64,000 nt of DNA from Marsupella aquatica. Lineage: Eukaryota > Plantae > Marchantiophyta. Shown here piece by piece: positions 1-12,400 of the stretch (within the stretch, counting starts at the first letter, position 1; the number at the start of each line of letters is the position of its first letter). Position numbers and translations under genes: made by a program. The notes beneath the pieces are model-generated. The model saw only the letters and a program-made list of their open reading frames with translations, did no database searches and was not told where the DNA came from. The stretch is from the NCBI GenBank assembly GCA_973895155.1, contig OZ316895.1, forward strand, positions 8,916,184 to 8,980,183, given 5' to 3'.

Positions 1-1254
1 GGCGAACGCGCATTATCTGATGGCAGAGTACTCTGTATGGCAACCGCCCATCAAGCTTGAATTGCAACGACACAGGCAGTGGGCAATTATTGCTCACAAC
101 TTGGGATCGAAGGAAGCCGCAGCAGAAGGAGTGAAGGATGACACTAATGTACCAGATTTCAGCTTCGTCAAATGTGGATGAGAAGCAAGGACCAAGACCG
201 GACCGGGCCCGAAAGAGCCATAGCAATCCCCCTCCCACTCCACAATTCGTACCCAGCGTGTCCTTTCCGTGGCTAATGGCTACAGTAGTCTATTTGCTAC
301 CGTGAGATGCCCTGGAACAGTGGTTGTGGAGGTTCGTCGAAGATAGTTCACAATTCACGGTAGACCTCGTTCAGTTTATTGATAAAATGCAGCCCGGCCA
401 GGTTGAGTTAGAGCACTCTCTTCCCATGTCCCGCCTCCTTCCATAGTTATTACATTTCACGATCGACCGACCCGGAAATCAATTCAAATTGATCTGCTAA
501 AATGTGTCGCGTGACATTGAAATATGAGGTATTGTTTTACATTTCCAGGAGAGACAGATCTCGCTCTTCGAGCGCACTTGTAAGTGTATTGCTGAGTCTA
601 CTTGGTGGAATCTCCCAGAGTCCAGTAAAGGACATGACGTGGCAGGGAGCGGAGAGAGAAGGAGACTGAGCCATGGAGTTTTCCGAGATCCAATTTGAAA
701 AAGGTGAAATCTGAATTGGACAACAAGATTTAACTTGGTCTGATGATTTGGGATTCTGTGACATCGACAACTATAGGTGATCGCACCAAGTAAACGGGAG
801 GAAATTGGAAACTGACTGGACAGTGAACATCAACAGATCTGCTCGACAGGGGGCTTGTTCTGCTCATTCGGTCGGTCTTGTGTTCTAGCCTACGACAGAA
901 CGTCGCAACATTTGAACAACGCCAAGCTTTGAGAACTTTCCAAAAAATTACCTGGATCTGCAAGTCTATCTCCAACGTGCTCCATCTCCATGACTCCATG
1001 AATGCCCCACAACTAGTCATTAGGACGTCTCGAACCTTCTACACTATACCATGAGGTGGTTTTAGGCAACCAAAATGCTCTGGGCTGGGTTGCCGGTCAA
1101 AAATGTGTGGTTCCCTGAAGAGGGGTTATGATCACTAACTTGGGTTATGATCAGTGTATTTTCTAAGGTTTTTACTTTTTCGCCAGAGTGGGGAACGTCT
1201 TGTGTGAAGGAGAAGATGCTCAAAATATTCATTATCTGATTATTTTCCTGTGGG

Positions 1255-1505
1255 TCAGATCTCCCTAGATTCTGGCTAATGCATTAGATTCTGGCTAATG
1301 GACCTGTGATTAAGTGGGAATCTCCGTAGATTTAAGGATGGCCATTAGATTCTGGCTAATGGGACCTGTGATTAGGTGGAGATCTCCCTAGATGTAAGGA
1401 TCACCATTAGATTCTGGCTAATGGGACTTGTGATTAGGTGGAACATGGCTAATGAGACAATTCTAGCTAATGGGACATGTGATTAGGTGGAACACTGACT
1501 AATGA
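1255..1505. repeat. Degenerate tandem repeat, ~60 bp unit, about 4 copies
   Basis: Recurring cattagattctggctaatgggacctgtgattaggtggaa motif. Confidence 0.8.
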
Positions 1506-4500
1506 GAGAGAAATATATTAGCTAGTTTTTGCCAACAATGGTGAAAGCTTTTTGGGGATATGGAATTTGGCAAATTTTTGCCACTAAAAAAACCACTGGT
1601 TATGATCACTAACTTGGGCTGTCAGTGCACAGGCTTTCACACCTAAAATTGGTCTGTGCAAATGCATCAGTGCCCTTCATGAAAGGCCGCACTGGCTTTC
1701 GTACCAAAAAATGGTCTGTGCAGATGCATCGGCGCCCTCAGAAAATGACCAAATTGACGAATTTGATGATGTTGAGTTAACCCACGGGCAGATGTCTCAA
1801 CCCGAAAAACCCCATGAGATGTCTGCCTGAACGGTGGGTTGAGGGTGGATACAAATTTCCTCAAGCGGCTGACTAAAAAATGGGGAACAGCAGGTTTGAG
1901 ACCCCCTATTATTCAGGCTGGGAATGTTGTTACCTCTTGAAGGTAAATTTGCAGAAACCCAAGTGACTTCAAGTATCTTACACCTGCCTGTAAGGGTTGT
2001 GGGCAGCAGAAACTTTATAGGGAACTTTCCATCAAAACAGCAGCCAGGAAAGGGAAGTCTAAGCCGCGATGGTCACCTTGTCACTGGCTGCTCCCATGGA
2101 CTGTGACAGGCATTTGTATAGTTTACACCCCAGTAATCCAGAGAACCAGCCAAATCTTGGTTGGATTGTTTTCTACCTAAAAAAGTTGGATGGAACATTT
2201 TTTTATACAATTATGTTGCCTCAAAAACAATGTTGAATGGATTTGTTTTCTGCCCAGAAACTACAAGGAAGGTCTGATGGAACCTTTTTGCCTCAAAATC
2301 AACAAGCAGGTCCAATGCAAGCATACAAGAAAAATTTGGCAGACAACCCACAGAAAATGGGGCAAAAACAATGGGAAGATTAGGATGGAACTTGGGCCAA
2401 AATCATAAGAAGGAGCAAAATCCAAGCCAAACAATTTTATGGATGGAACCTTTGCAAGGGTGATAAGCAAATTAGGAGTTGGAAGATTGCTGGCCTGAAT
2501 CTATTTCTCATGCGGCACATTGCCTTGCATAGTCCCCTGGGCTTACAAATGGATGAAGAGATTGATGGCAAGCAGAGTTTCATAGACATCTAATCGAGAA
2601 TTAAGTAATGTTAAATCATGTTACATTGAAAGTCTCGGTCTTTCTCACAAAATATGAGGACAACAAATTTTGATTAAACCACGCATCCGAGTATAAGGGG
2701 CTCCGCGTAACGCGGAGTCCCCATACAAAGTGTATCCCATACAGAAAAAAGACGGGCTACGCAGCAACGCCTCCCCTCCACCGTCCGATTGGCGCTCATA
2801 GCTGCGCCTACCCTCAGCCATAGGATCTGATCTATGGCTCAAATCGTAGGTCTTGTTGAGATCTACGTCTCCAAAAAATCTCACACAAAATGGTTAATTA
2901 TTTCAGGAGAAATGATAGAAAAACGAATGGTGCGCTCTGATTGGCTGGATTCAAAATTTGAATTCCGGGGGGAAAGATCGATCTAACCCGTCTGATTGTT
3001 TTGCCTCCACAAATCTCATCCGTCTATCATATTGGTCAATCTATGGCTCAAAAGAAAGACCTCGAGGAGATCTATGGATGGGTTTTTTTCGTTTTGTAAA
3101 CGGGTTTATATTTCTCAAATTAAAAATAAAACAAATCTATGCGCTCCTGGCCGTCGATTCATTGATTTTGCAATCTCTGCCGTTCATTGTTTATTGCATC
3201 TTAAAATCTTATCCGTCCACGTTAGAAGGCGATCTAGGGTGCAAAAGAGAGCTCTCGACAAGATCTACAGTTGGGTGTTTTTAGTTTCAAAAATGAGTAA
3301 ATAGTTTTTGCAATAAAATTTAGTGAAGTTTGGAGTTGTGATCCATCTCTCCTGCCCCGAGCCTGGATTTCCCTGCGCCCTGCCCAGCATTTATGGCCGT
3401 ACAGTACCATGCTGCTTTAAATACCCCGATGCGTGGTTTAAATGTAGGACAGTCAATTCTTTGTGTATCATCCCAAAATAATTAGTCTGTATAGTTTGCA
3501 ACGCCCTTTGTTGGAAGTGAGTGTGCTATAAACGTTTTGGAGTTTTATAATTTGATGTATGGATAAGACTAGAATCTACTGGCAAATTATTTTCCAAGAC
3601 CTCTGATTTTATCTTGTAAGATCTCATGACTGATATTTGAGATAGGGTGATATTTGAGATAGGGTGATATTTAACATAGGGTGAACACGGAACATAACCA
3701 CCTTTTAAAAACCTTTTCAAAAAGTCCACCATGATCTTGTGTGTTTAACTCAAGTCCACCGTAAATGACTACACCCGTGTGCTGACAAGTAATAGCAAAC
3801 AGGTGACCTCTACACTATTCTTGTGGCCAAACTTTGTTGTCCCATTCGATCCCCACAAAAGCCCCTCTTCATCCAAGGCCTGGAAGCTCAAGTAGCTGTC
3901 CACTTGCTTGGTTTGGGATACGTCACACTGTTAGTCAACTACTGCGGTTTTTGTAAAGCAAACCTCAGGGTGAACAATCATATAAATGTCACCATAATCC
4001 AGGAGGTATCAAGAACGGTATTGTACAAACTGACATTAACAGCCACCAGAAAAAAGAGCGAGATTGTTGATTATAGTGCCTTTAGATAGGTCAGATTAGA
4101 CTATATGGGACGAGCTCACAAACTCGCAAAGCCCTCAAGCCTACACTAAGAAGAGGTTCACTATAGTGTTTGTAGATTGGCCATGCCCTGGCGAAAGTGG
4201 AAGTTGCTGTAATAAACTTGCACAGTTGCACCGCTTCAGACAGAAAACATAGAGTACAGTAACCATTGTAGTACCCCGACAAGTTGAGCTGTTGACGAGG
4301 CACTTATAATTAGTATAGATTATTACTAACAGTATGGATTACTTTTGACGAGAAACTGGCGGCGAGTTGCTGATGAGAATCTGAGAGGATTGCTGGAGCA
4401 AGCGATAATAAGTTGACTACTCATTCTCCTAACACAAGTATCTCCTGGCGTCCAGAAGGGATCTCATCGTCTAAGATCTGTGCCACTTTCGAGCCACGAG

Positions 4501-4739
4501 CAACTTCTGTTCAAGGGATTGCGAATCTGTTCAAGGGATTGAGATTTAAGGTCAGTTGAGATGAGTACAGGCAGGCTGTCTCTTTACGACACTCCCAAAG
4601 GTGTACACGTCAATGAGTTGCATCGTAACTGGGGTGCTGCTGTTTGGAGGATTGACATTGATTCTGGTTAGCAGGTTGGCCCTTGGAAGGTTGGGGCGAT
4701 GCTCCATTTCCTCTGGACTGACCTTGGTGAAAATTCAGG

Positions 4740-5530
4740 CCCGTCTTGCATGTCAAGAGACATTTTTTAGGGCCCTTAGGCCTAACTTGCATGTTAGTGG
4801 CCCTTCACAATGTGGCCCTAAATGTCATGCATGTCATCATATCACTAAACAATTGCATGTCAAGAGCCCTTTTTTTAGGGCCCTTAGGTCCAACTCGCAT
4901 GTTCCCGGCCCTTCCTGGCCCTTCACGATGCGGCTCTAAATGTCACATGCCATTATATCACTAAACGAGATGTACCCGGCTGGACCTCATGATGCACCAG
5001 GCCTAACACAATCCAGGCATTTCCAAAGACTAGGGCCCGAAACTTTCCAGCCCTTGCAGGTCCCGACCTTAAGTTTGCCTTGCAAGAACACAAGAAAAAA
5101 ACTGTACACCTGTTGTAAACTCTGTAGTGTTGGGAAGTAGGGAACCAGATTTGTGTCAGAATATGTTATCAAGGAAGTGCTACTTTTTCCTAAAGTATGA
5201 AGAAAAAAACTGTACACCTGTTGTAAACCCTGTTGTGTTGGGAAGTAGGGAACCAAATTTGTGTGAGATTATGTTATCAAGGAAATGCTACTTTTTCTTG
5301 AAAGTATAGGGAGTGTAAAGGGTCAGATGCTTGAGGGTTTCTCACATGCGAGTTGGCCCTTAGCACTCCTCAATTGTGGGGGAAAAAGTGTGTTTTGTTT
5401 CCTTTGGCCTGACCCTGGTGCCAATATAGGAACAGTCTTGCATGTCAAGAGCCCTGTTTCCTTAAGGCCCTTAGCACTTTTCAATTCTGGGGGGAAATGT
5501 GTGTTTCAATTCAAAATTTAGGCCCTTAAA
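4740..5530. repeat. Repeat-rich segment (ttttagggcccttagg motifs; ~115 bp tandem duplication at ~5093-5310), probably a DNA-transposon subterminal region
   Basis: Repeated cttgcatgtcaagag...agggcccttagg; two copies of aagaaaaaaactgtacacctgttgtaaac...gggaagtagggaacca...tatgttatcaagga. Confidence 0.6.
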
Positions 5531-5552
5531 ATTATTCAATTCCTGCGATAAA

Positions 5553-5849
5553 CTCGGGGGGTTAACTAAGTGTATATTTTGGGGTACCACGTGCGATCCT
5601 AGCCTAATATAAATAGACCTATTTTATAAAGAAAATATTCCAAGAATATTCTCCATTTTCAATATTAATAACCTATTTTATTTTATAAAAAGTATATATT
5701 AGAGAATATTCTATAAACATGAGTTTATAATACCTTCTTTTGCCTCCTACGATTTTTAAAAATTTAGTTAATTTCTATCAAAAATACATATTTTGGATCG
5801 CACGTGGTTCCTAAGATTTTTGATAGTCACCCCCCCCCCCCCCCCCGAG
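5553..5849. mobile_element. MITE, 297 bp, with 8-bp target-site duplication
   Basis: Termini CTCGGGGGG...CCCCCCGAG; internal inverted pair accacgtgcgatcc / ggatcgcacgtggt; GCGATAAA on both sides (5545-5552, 5850-5857). Confidence 0.85.
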
Positions 5850-6449
5850 GCGATAAAGCCTTGAGCCCAGGATGATCTTCTCTTCATTTTCCAGGGTTAG
5901 GATCCCTTGGCTGCAAAACTGTTCCCAGCAACAGGGGTAAATTCTAACTTCTGATCCATGTTATAGCCCGTTGCAATCAAACCAAGATCTTCGAGAATAT
6001 AACAAGATTTTGAAGACTAACATATATAACAAATGGAAACCAGACAGTGCACTTGGACCATACAAGCTCCATGTTATGACATACAATTTATCTCGTCAAA
6101 ATAGAACCCACTTCCCACTGCTTGGCAGCTTTTGCACTTACTGGGCTCTACCCTCTATTCAAGGGTGTTCCCCTTTATGCACTTTCTCGAATATCTGTGC
6201 TCCCTCAACCCAGACTCCCCATGCCCGTCTCTATTAATAAGCATAGCTGACATCAAAAAACATTTTTGCCAGAGAATTCAGTGATTAGGTCTTCATTAAC
6301 AGAATACTTAATGATCTAGATTGACAATTATAGATTAGACAGATAGATAGATTTGAGGCTCTAACTGTTCCTCCCCATCTTAAAATTTAAACATAAACAT
6401 ACAGAAATTAAAGGTTGTCGCATAGACAGCTTCTCACTTCCCATTGCCC

Positions 6450-6628
6450 CAACTACCTGTATAGGAGTGATGGGTTACCCATAGCTCTCATTATAGTGCA
6501 CACCCTTCAGGTTTATTAGGAATGGACTTGGGCTCCACAACTACCTGTATACGAGTGATGGGTTACCTGTAGCTCTCTCATTATAGTGCACACCCTTCAG
6601 TTTCGTTAGGAATAGACTTGGGCTCCAC
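6450..6628. repeat. ~88 bp tandem duplication
   Basis: caactacctgtata.gagtgatgggttacc...attatagtgcacacccttcag...gacttgggctccac present twice. Confidence 0.8.
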
Positions 6629-6639
6629 TTTTCAGGTCA

Positions 6640-8400
6640 CTACACTATTCACCAGGGCAGGAATGAGCAATGGCCAAGCTAACTGGGCCTTTTTATACGA
6701 GGTGTGGTTTAAGCCCCCAGAAGGACTGATCGCCATGTCCTTGTGGATAGTCTCAAACTCTCTTTACAAACACGCTTTTGAATTGCTTTTAGACTGTCTC
6801 TTTTCGTTTCCAAAGGTAGACATGTTTTCCATGCAGCTATGGCACGAGTTGTGTGCCATTTGCTAACAACGTTATTTGTCCTGTCAATTGACGCCTTGGC
6901 TGTGGGCCTATTTTTCACCCTTGGCTAGGTGACACTTGGTTTGCGAATTGATCAAAAGAATACTAGGTACTGTAGACTTTGATTGCTGTTCGATTAAAGC
7001 GCCGAATGCAGGTCGGCACCTTGCTAGTGTCCTCGTTCAAGCTTCACGTATTAGCTTGGTCCAGCTCTCCATTTGTTCAATACCCCAATGGCGTTGTCAA
7101 TTTGTTGGAGATGGTTGTAAATGGTATCAACTCTCACCTATGCTGCCTGCCGTTTCCCATTTCTCCACTTCTGAAATTGTAGACAAGACATTGGAGCTAT
7201 AATGCCACGAGCACTGTAACGATGATTTATTTCTATGGGTGCTATTCATCACAGATTACTACATGAAGGTTCACAGTTGATTATCTTTCGGGATCTGTAA
7301 GAGATTCTCCTTGGATATGATTTGTTGCTGCCACATCCAGTAATTCACTTGGTTCTGATGAATATGGAGCAACTCCTCCTTAAGGTTCCTAATCTCCTTG
7401 TACAGCTACAAGGAGATTGGATCTGGCATTCGCCTGTCTTGCGCTTGCAAATCATCTCGAAACTCCAGATGCAGCTTCTCAAATCGTTGGTCAGCCTAGA
7501 AATTTAACTTCCTTCGTTGTCTGTAAACTCTGCCTCCCGGAGCTCGTTCTACAGGTTGTATTCTCAATGCTCTGCCAATTAGGTGAGTAGCTTCATCAGA
7601 CGTTTCACATGTCGAAACAATTAACCGGTACTTGAGGGAAAGTTCATATCAGTGGGGTAATATAGTATCAGAAATTTCGTTGTCCATGCGGGATGCTTCA
7701 ATCTGGGCATTCCAATTTTCAAATTTGGAGACATTACATAGACTATTTTACCTTTTATGGTGGGTCTAGACATCAGATGTATTCTCGTTAGACCCACCAA
7801 GAGATCTGGTTCAGTTCCCAGATGAAGGACAAGAAAAGATAGGCGATAGTGTGGTCCTACAAGACATACTTGACCAACGTAATCCACACTAGAGTCTGGA
7901 CAAGGGTCCGAGGCAGGCCAGCCACTCCTTGGACTCGGGGTCAGGGATGGTGCAGAGTTCTGAAACCCTGATGTTGTTAAGATCGACGGAATATGTCCTG
8001 CTAAAGTACCCAGACGAACACTTCAGGTTTCAATTCAGGAACTTTTGTCTGGTAGTATCTTTGGTTGCTAGATTGAATACGCTACGTGCAAAATTCAGAT
8101 GCTCTTCAAGACACAACTCACTCATCCTTCGACCATCTCAATCCACTTAAACTGTTGCATGGCCCACAATTCTGTAAATGCTCGCTCGTAAATTTTCAGA
8201 ATCATCAGTAATTCTAGCTCAATTCTCAACAGCAGGCCATCCTCTGAATCATCTCATCTTTGATTACATCCCGGGCACACAGCTGGGATCGAATGCGCGC
8301 AACACTTTCGAAATGTCTACGGGGCAAACCGGAGTAGGCAACATTTTGCAGAATGTCTACACAGGTGTGTGATCCACATTAAAAATTCTACTGATTTGCA
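6640..8400 (-). pseudogene. Decayed coding sequence of unknown identity
   Basis: Manual minus-strand translation gives long protein-like stretches (QRFEKLHLEFRDDLQAQDRR, LYKEIRNLKEELLHIHQNQVNYW, VDTIYNHLQQIDNAIGVLNKW) broken by isolated stops and frameshifts; no family motif recognised. Confidence 0.35.
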
Positions 8401-8693
8401 GGACACCTCAGTCTTTCGCAACAAAAGACACTCCCTCTACAGGACTTGTTTTAAATCGACATTGAGAATATCTTGATTTGAAAGACATTTCGGCGAATTT
8501 TTTCCAAGGGACGACATAACTTACAATAGGACTAAAGAAATGATTGGAACCTAATCACAAGGTTGCAAGGAGTAATATTCAAGAGCATATTTTGAAAAGC
8601 TATATACTTGTCCACTCCAGTGCACCAGATCCTATTTACCATAAAAACAGTCCTGTACATGGTTCGCTACCCCGCCCTGAAGGTTCAAATCTT

Positions 8694-9350
8694 TCACATA
8701 GTGGCAGCTTGAGCCGCAGCCAATCTTGCAATAGGAACCCTGCAAGACACTTGCGAAATGTGAGTTTGTAATATGAAGCAAGCAAATATTTCTACATTGC
8801 CAAGACTTGCTTTTAGTGGGTGTGGTGGCCCTAAAGTATTTCCTCATATGTTCATAACTAACGACACATGTAGAGGAAGACCTGTTCGCCACGACCCCCT
8901 AGTGACTCATCATAGATATGAAATAGATCAGTGACCGCTAGGAGAGGAAAGTTCTGGTGTTGCGTCCTCACGTATTACCTCATCCACTACCAGACAGCAC
9001 CATCTAGCTGACAAGGAAGAAATGTAATCATCTTCCAAGACAACTCAGTACCAAGCAAGCAATTCAGAGGCCATTCCTCACTATCCGATCTCATAAATGA
9101 TGTTAATACCAAGAGTATAGAGAGGGAACTAATACATGGAAACACTCCATAATAGAAAAGAGAGTATCAACCTGAACGGGGAGCACGAAACATAGTTTAA
9201 GCCTGCTCCACAAAAGAATTCTACAGAGGACGGCTCTCCACCATGCTCTCCACAAACACCGACCTACACGAAGTTCAGTACACCAGACCACATCAAGTTA
9301 ATTGAACATCCACTCCTTCTGTAGGTTCTATGAAAGCGTTATAACAACGT

Positions 9351-9407
<57 letters not shown>

Positions 9408-12400
9408 AGGGAAAGAATTTCTACGCCATACAGATCGAAATTGAGCCAAGTCGAATGAGTTCTGCCTACCTTCAAGTCGGGACGAGCTTTTCTCCCTCGC
9501 TCAGTTGCAATTTTAATGAGCTGTCCAACACCGACCTGGTCCAGGACCTGTTTGAGAACAAGTATAGCTTTGTTAGCAAACACTTAGCCTCGAATGAAAT
9601 GAAGAAAAGACACAAATCAAATAGCATGAAAATTTACGCTCACTCCTCATATTTACCTCAAACGGATCATTTTGTAGAATGCCTTGGGCAAGATAAATCG
9701 GTAGAAATTTGCTCACGTCATCCCTACTGTAACCGAATGTCATCTGGGTCAAGTCATTTGTTCCAAAAGAGAAAAATTCTGCATATTCCGCAATCTGAGC
9801 ACAAAAGCAAGAGGTGTATGAATCAGGACGCAAATCATCAATTGCTCGCTAAATGGCTGATGACAATTCATAAAATAAAATAGAAACTTTTGAGTTGACC
9901 CGTGTGATAAGATTTAAGATCGTAAAATAAATCATTTTGGCAGAAGAACTCCTTATTTCTCACGAAACAGAAGAAATGTGGAAAGCGTAGAAGGTGAGAA
10001 TAGCTATGAAATCCTCTTTATCTAAGGGAATCCCTACTTTGCGGTTATTTGCAAATCTCAATCCGCATGTGGCAAGTTTCTGTACCTGGTCTGCAACGAG
10101 TGCAGCTCGTGGAATTTCAATCATGGTCCCGATTTTATATTTTACATTTATACCCGTTTCCGAGAACACTTTCTCGGCGACCTTCCGAATTACTGCCACT
10201 TGATTTCCTAGCTCCTGCGGCTCAAGTGTATATTTAAGTTAGAGATGCTTGGAGTTCATACGACTCCCTCGTCAAGACACTCAAATGAAGGACATCCTGC
10301 CCATCACATGAAACTTTGGAGAACCACAGGAAACAAGGAAACTCATTACTGTTTTAAGTTTTTCCATTCCAAAATGCCGCAAGAGGCTTGAAAGACACAC
10401 CTGAGGAGTTCCAATTAGAGGAACCATAATTTCTGGCAGTACAGTGACACCTTGGTTGAACTGAGAGACCGCAGCTTGAAAGATAGCTCTCGCTTGCATT
10501 TCAGTAAGCTCGGGATAAGCAATACCAAGCCTGTACCATACCCCATTCCAGTGCGTTTGATGAGAACCTTCTACGGAAACTGATGATGGGGCTCTGTGCT
10601 TAGTAATCAAGAAGCTACCGTAGTAATGAAGAGCTGCTGAGATTGGCGAGACGGATCGTTGAAGCTTACAAGAAAAGCCATTAGACAATTGACAGTTTTA
10701 TAATCAGTTCTGAGTTGAACCCAGAGGTGCACCATAAGCTTCCTCCCAGAGGCTTTGTGATAGCAGAGATATCAGCCATTTGAAGGTATGCCATATTGTC
10801 TGTGTCGTATCACTTCTAAAGCCCAGACCGCCGTATAAAGCAATCTACTGTTCCTTCCTTAGAATTCATACGCAGGGTGTCTGAAGTCTTAAAATTTGGA
10901 ACGCTGGTCTTGAGTATTTGTTGATCTACTTGAAGTGTAGACGTAAGTTATGATTACCTGCATCCTCGGAATCCAAGCATAGGATTCACTTCTGACAGTT
11001 TCTCAATGCGAGACAGAATATCTTCCTCCCCAACTCCTGTCTCTGCTGCAAGCTCTGCTACAATCTCTTCGACATCACCCTCAGGTAAGAACTCATGCAA
11101 GGGCGGATCCAGGAGACGAATAGTGACAGGAAGACCTGCACATCACACAACCATCCGTTGCATTCTCAAACCTTTCGCACTTTGGTTGCGCCTACTTTCT
11201 CAATATGAATTCAAAAGCTCTGGGGAAGACCTCACAGTTTTAAAATCTGCCTTATCGCGGATGCAACCTTGGGACGAGTCAAACAGTGGTCTTTGATAAC
11301 TACAACGTCACGCATACCACTCACCATCCATGACCCGGAAAATGCCTTCAAAATCTGAGCGCTGATAAGGTAAGAGCTTGTCAAGAGCAACCAATCGCTG
11401 TTCCACTGTCGCCGCCATAATCATCTGTCGAACTGCCTTGATTCTGTCATCTGATGCAAAGAACTGGTACAGAAGGTCAAACAGAAATTAATTTGCCGCA
11501 AAGATATGGTGACATGTCTAGTGACCAGTATCTTTTGCTTTAAAAATCGTGATCTGAAGTTACTTCGCTGGACCTGAACGCCAACAAAAGCAGCTCGAAC
11601 ATACCATGAGACCTTCCAGCTGCCAGTGCTGGTCCCTGCAGGCTCCAGAACTATCAGCTAAATTAGGTCCTAGGGTAGTAGTAAAGGTACCAACCATGTG
11701 CTCCGTACGACATAGGCCAATGCCCTCGGCTCCATTGTTCCGAGCAGCCAAAGCATCTTCGGGTGTGTCAGCATTTGCCATCACCTACGGCCAGCAAATA
11801 ACCAGTGACATCATGCATTTTGTTTCTGTATCCGTGCACCTTGTCAAGGATACGGTGATTGACCTTGGCTGTGCCCGGTTTAGGCAAAGACCTTACAAGG
11901 TGAATTAGGCAATGAGGAGAAGGCGCCAAACATTGTATAAAATGTGAATGAGAACGCTAGAGTCACATCGTATGGATGACTACCTTTATAGAGCGGAAAT
12001 CATCAACCCAAGCCATGAATTGTCCAAGGTCTCCACTGATTGCTGCTGGGGCCAGGGGCTGCTTTCCAAGTACGACTTCACCAGTTGTCCCGTTGAGTGA
12101 GATCCATTCACCTTCGTTCAGAACTTGCTTCCCCGCTGTCAAAGTCTGTCCATCATATCATATCATACACTGTCAGTCCAAGGCTCCAAACGCCCCCGTC
12201 GCTTCTCAACTTAATTCCTCCCCTTGCCCATTCTTGCCACAGCAATTAACAAGACACAGGTCGAAAAACTAAAAGATTGAGTGTGAACAAGTTGTCAATG
12301 ACTCGTTTCAAGATGTTTCCAGTTGAAAGCTGATTGTTGGGAAGCGACATTAGAACATGACTCATCTGTGACACTAGTACTTCTTCTAAAGTCTTTTCAG

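Noticed and set aside
1-1020. Possible coding remnants at the window start
   Set aside because: No recognisable motifs or consistent exon structure could be established.
1255-1505. Short tandem arrays here and at ~18250-18345 considered as CRISPR-like
   Set aside because: Whole units repeat with no unique spacers, there are no cas genes, and the context is eukaryotic.
8632-8892. 86-aa Cys-rich minus-strand ORF
   Set aside because: Out-of-frame reading of the last PPDK intron and exon.
9302-9883. 193-aa + strand ORF
   Set aside because: Antisense to PPDK exons and runs through the (TA)n microsatellite.
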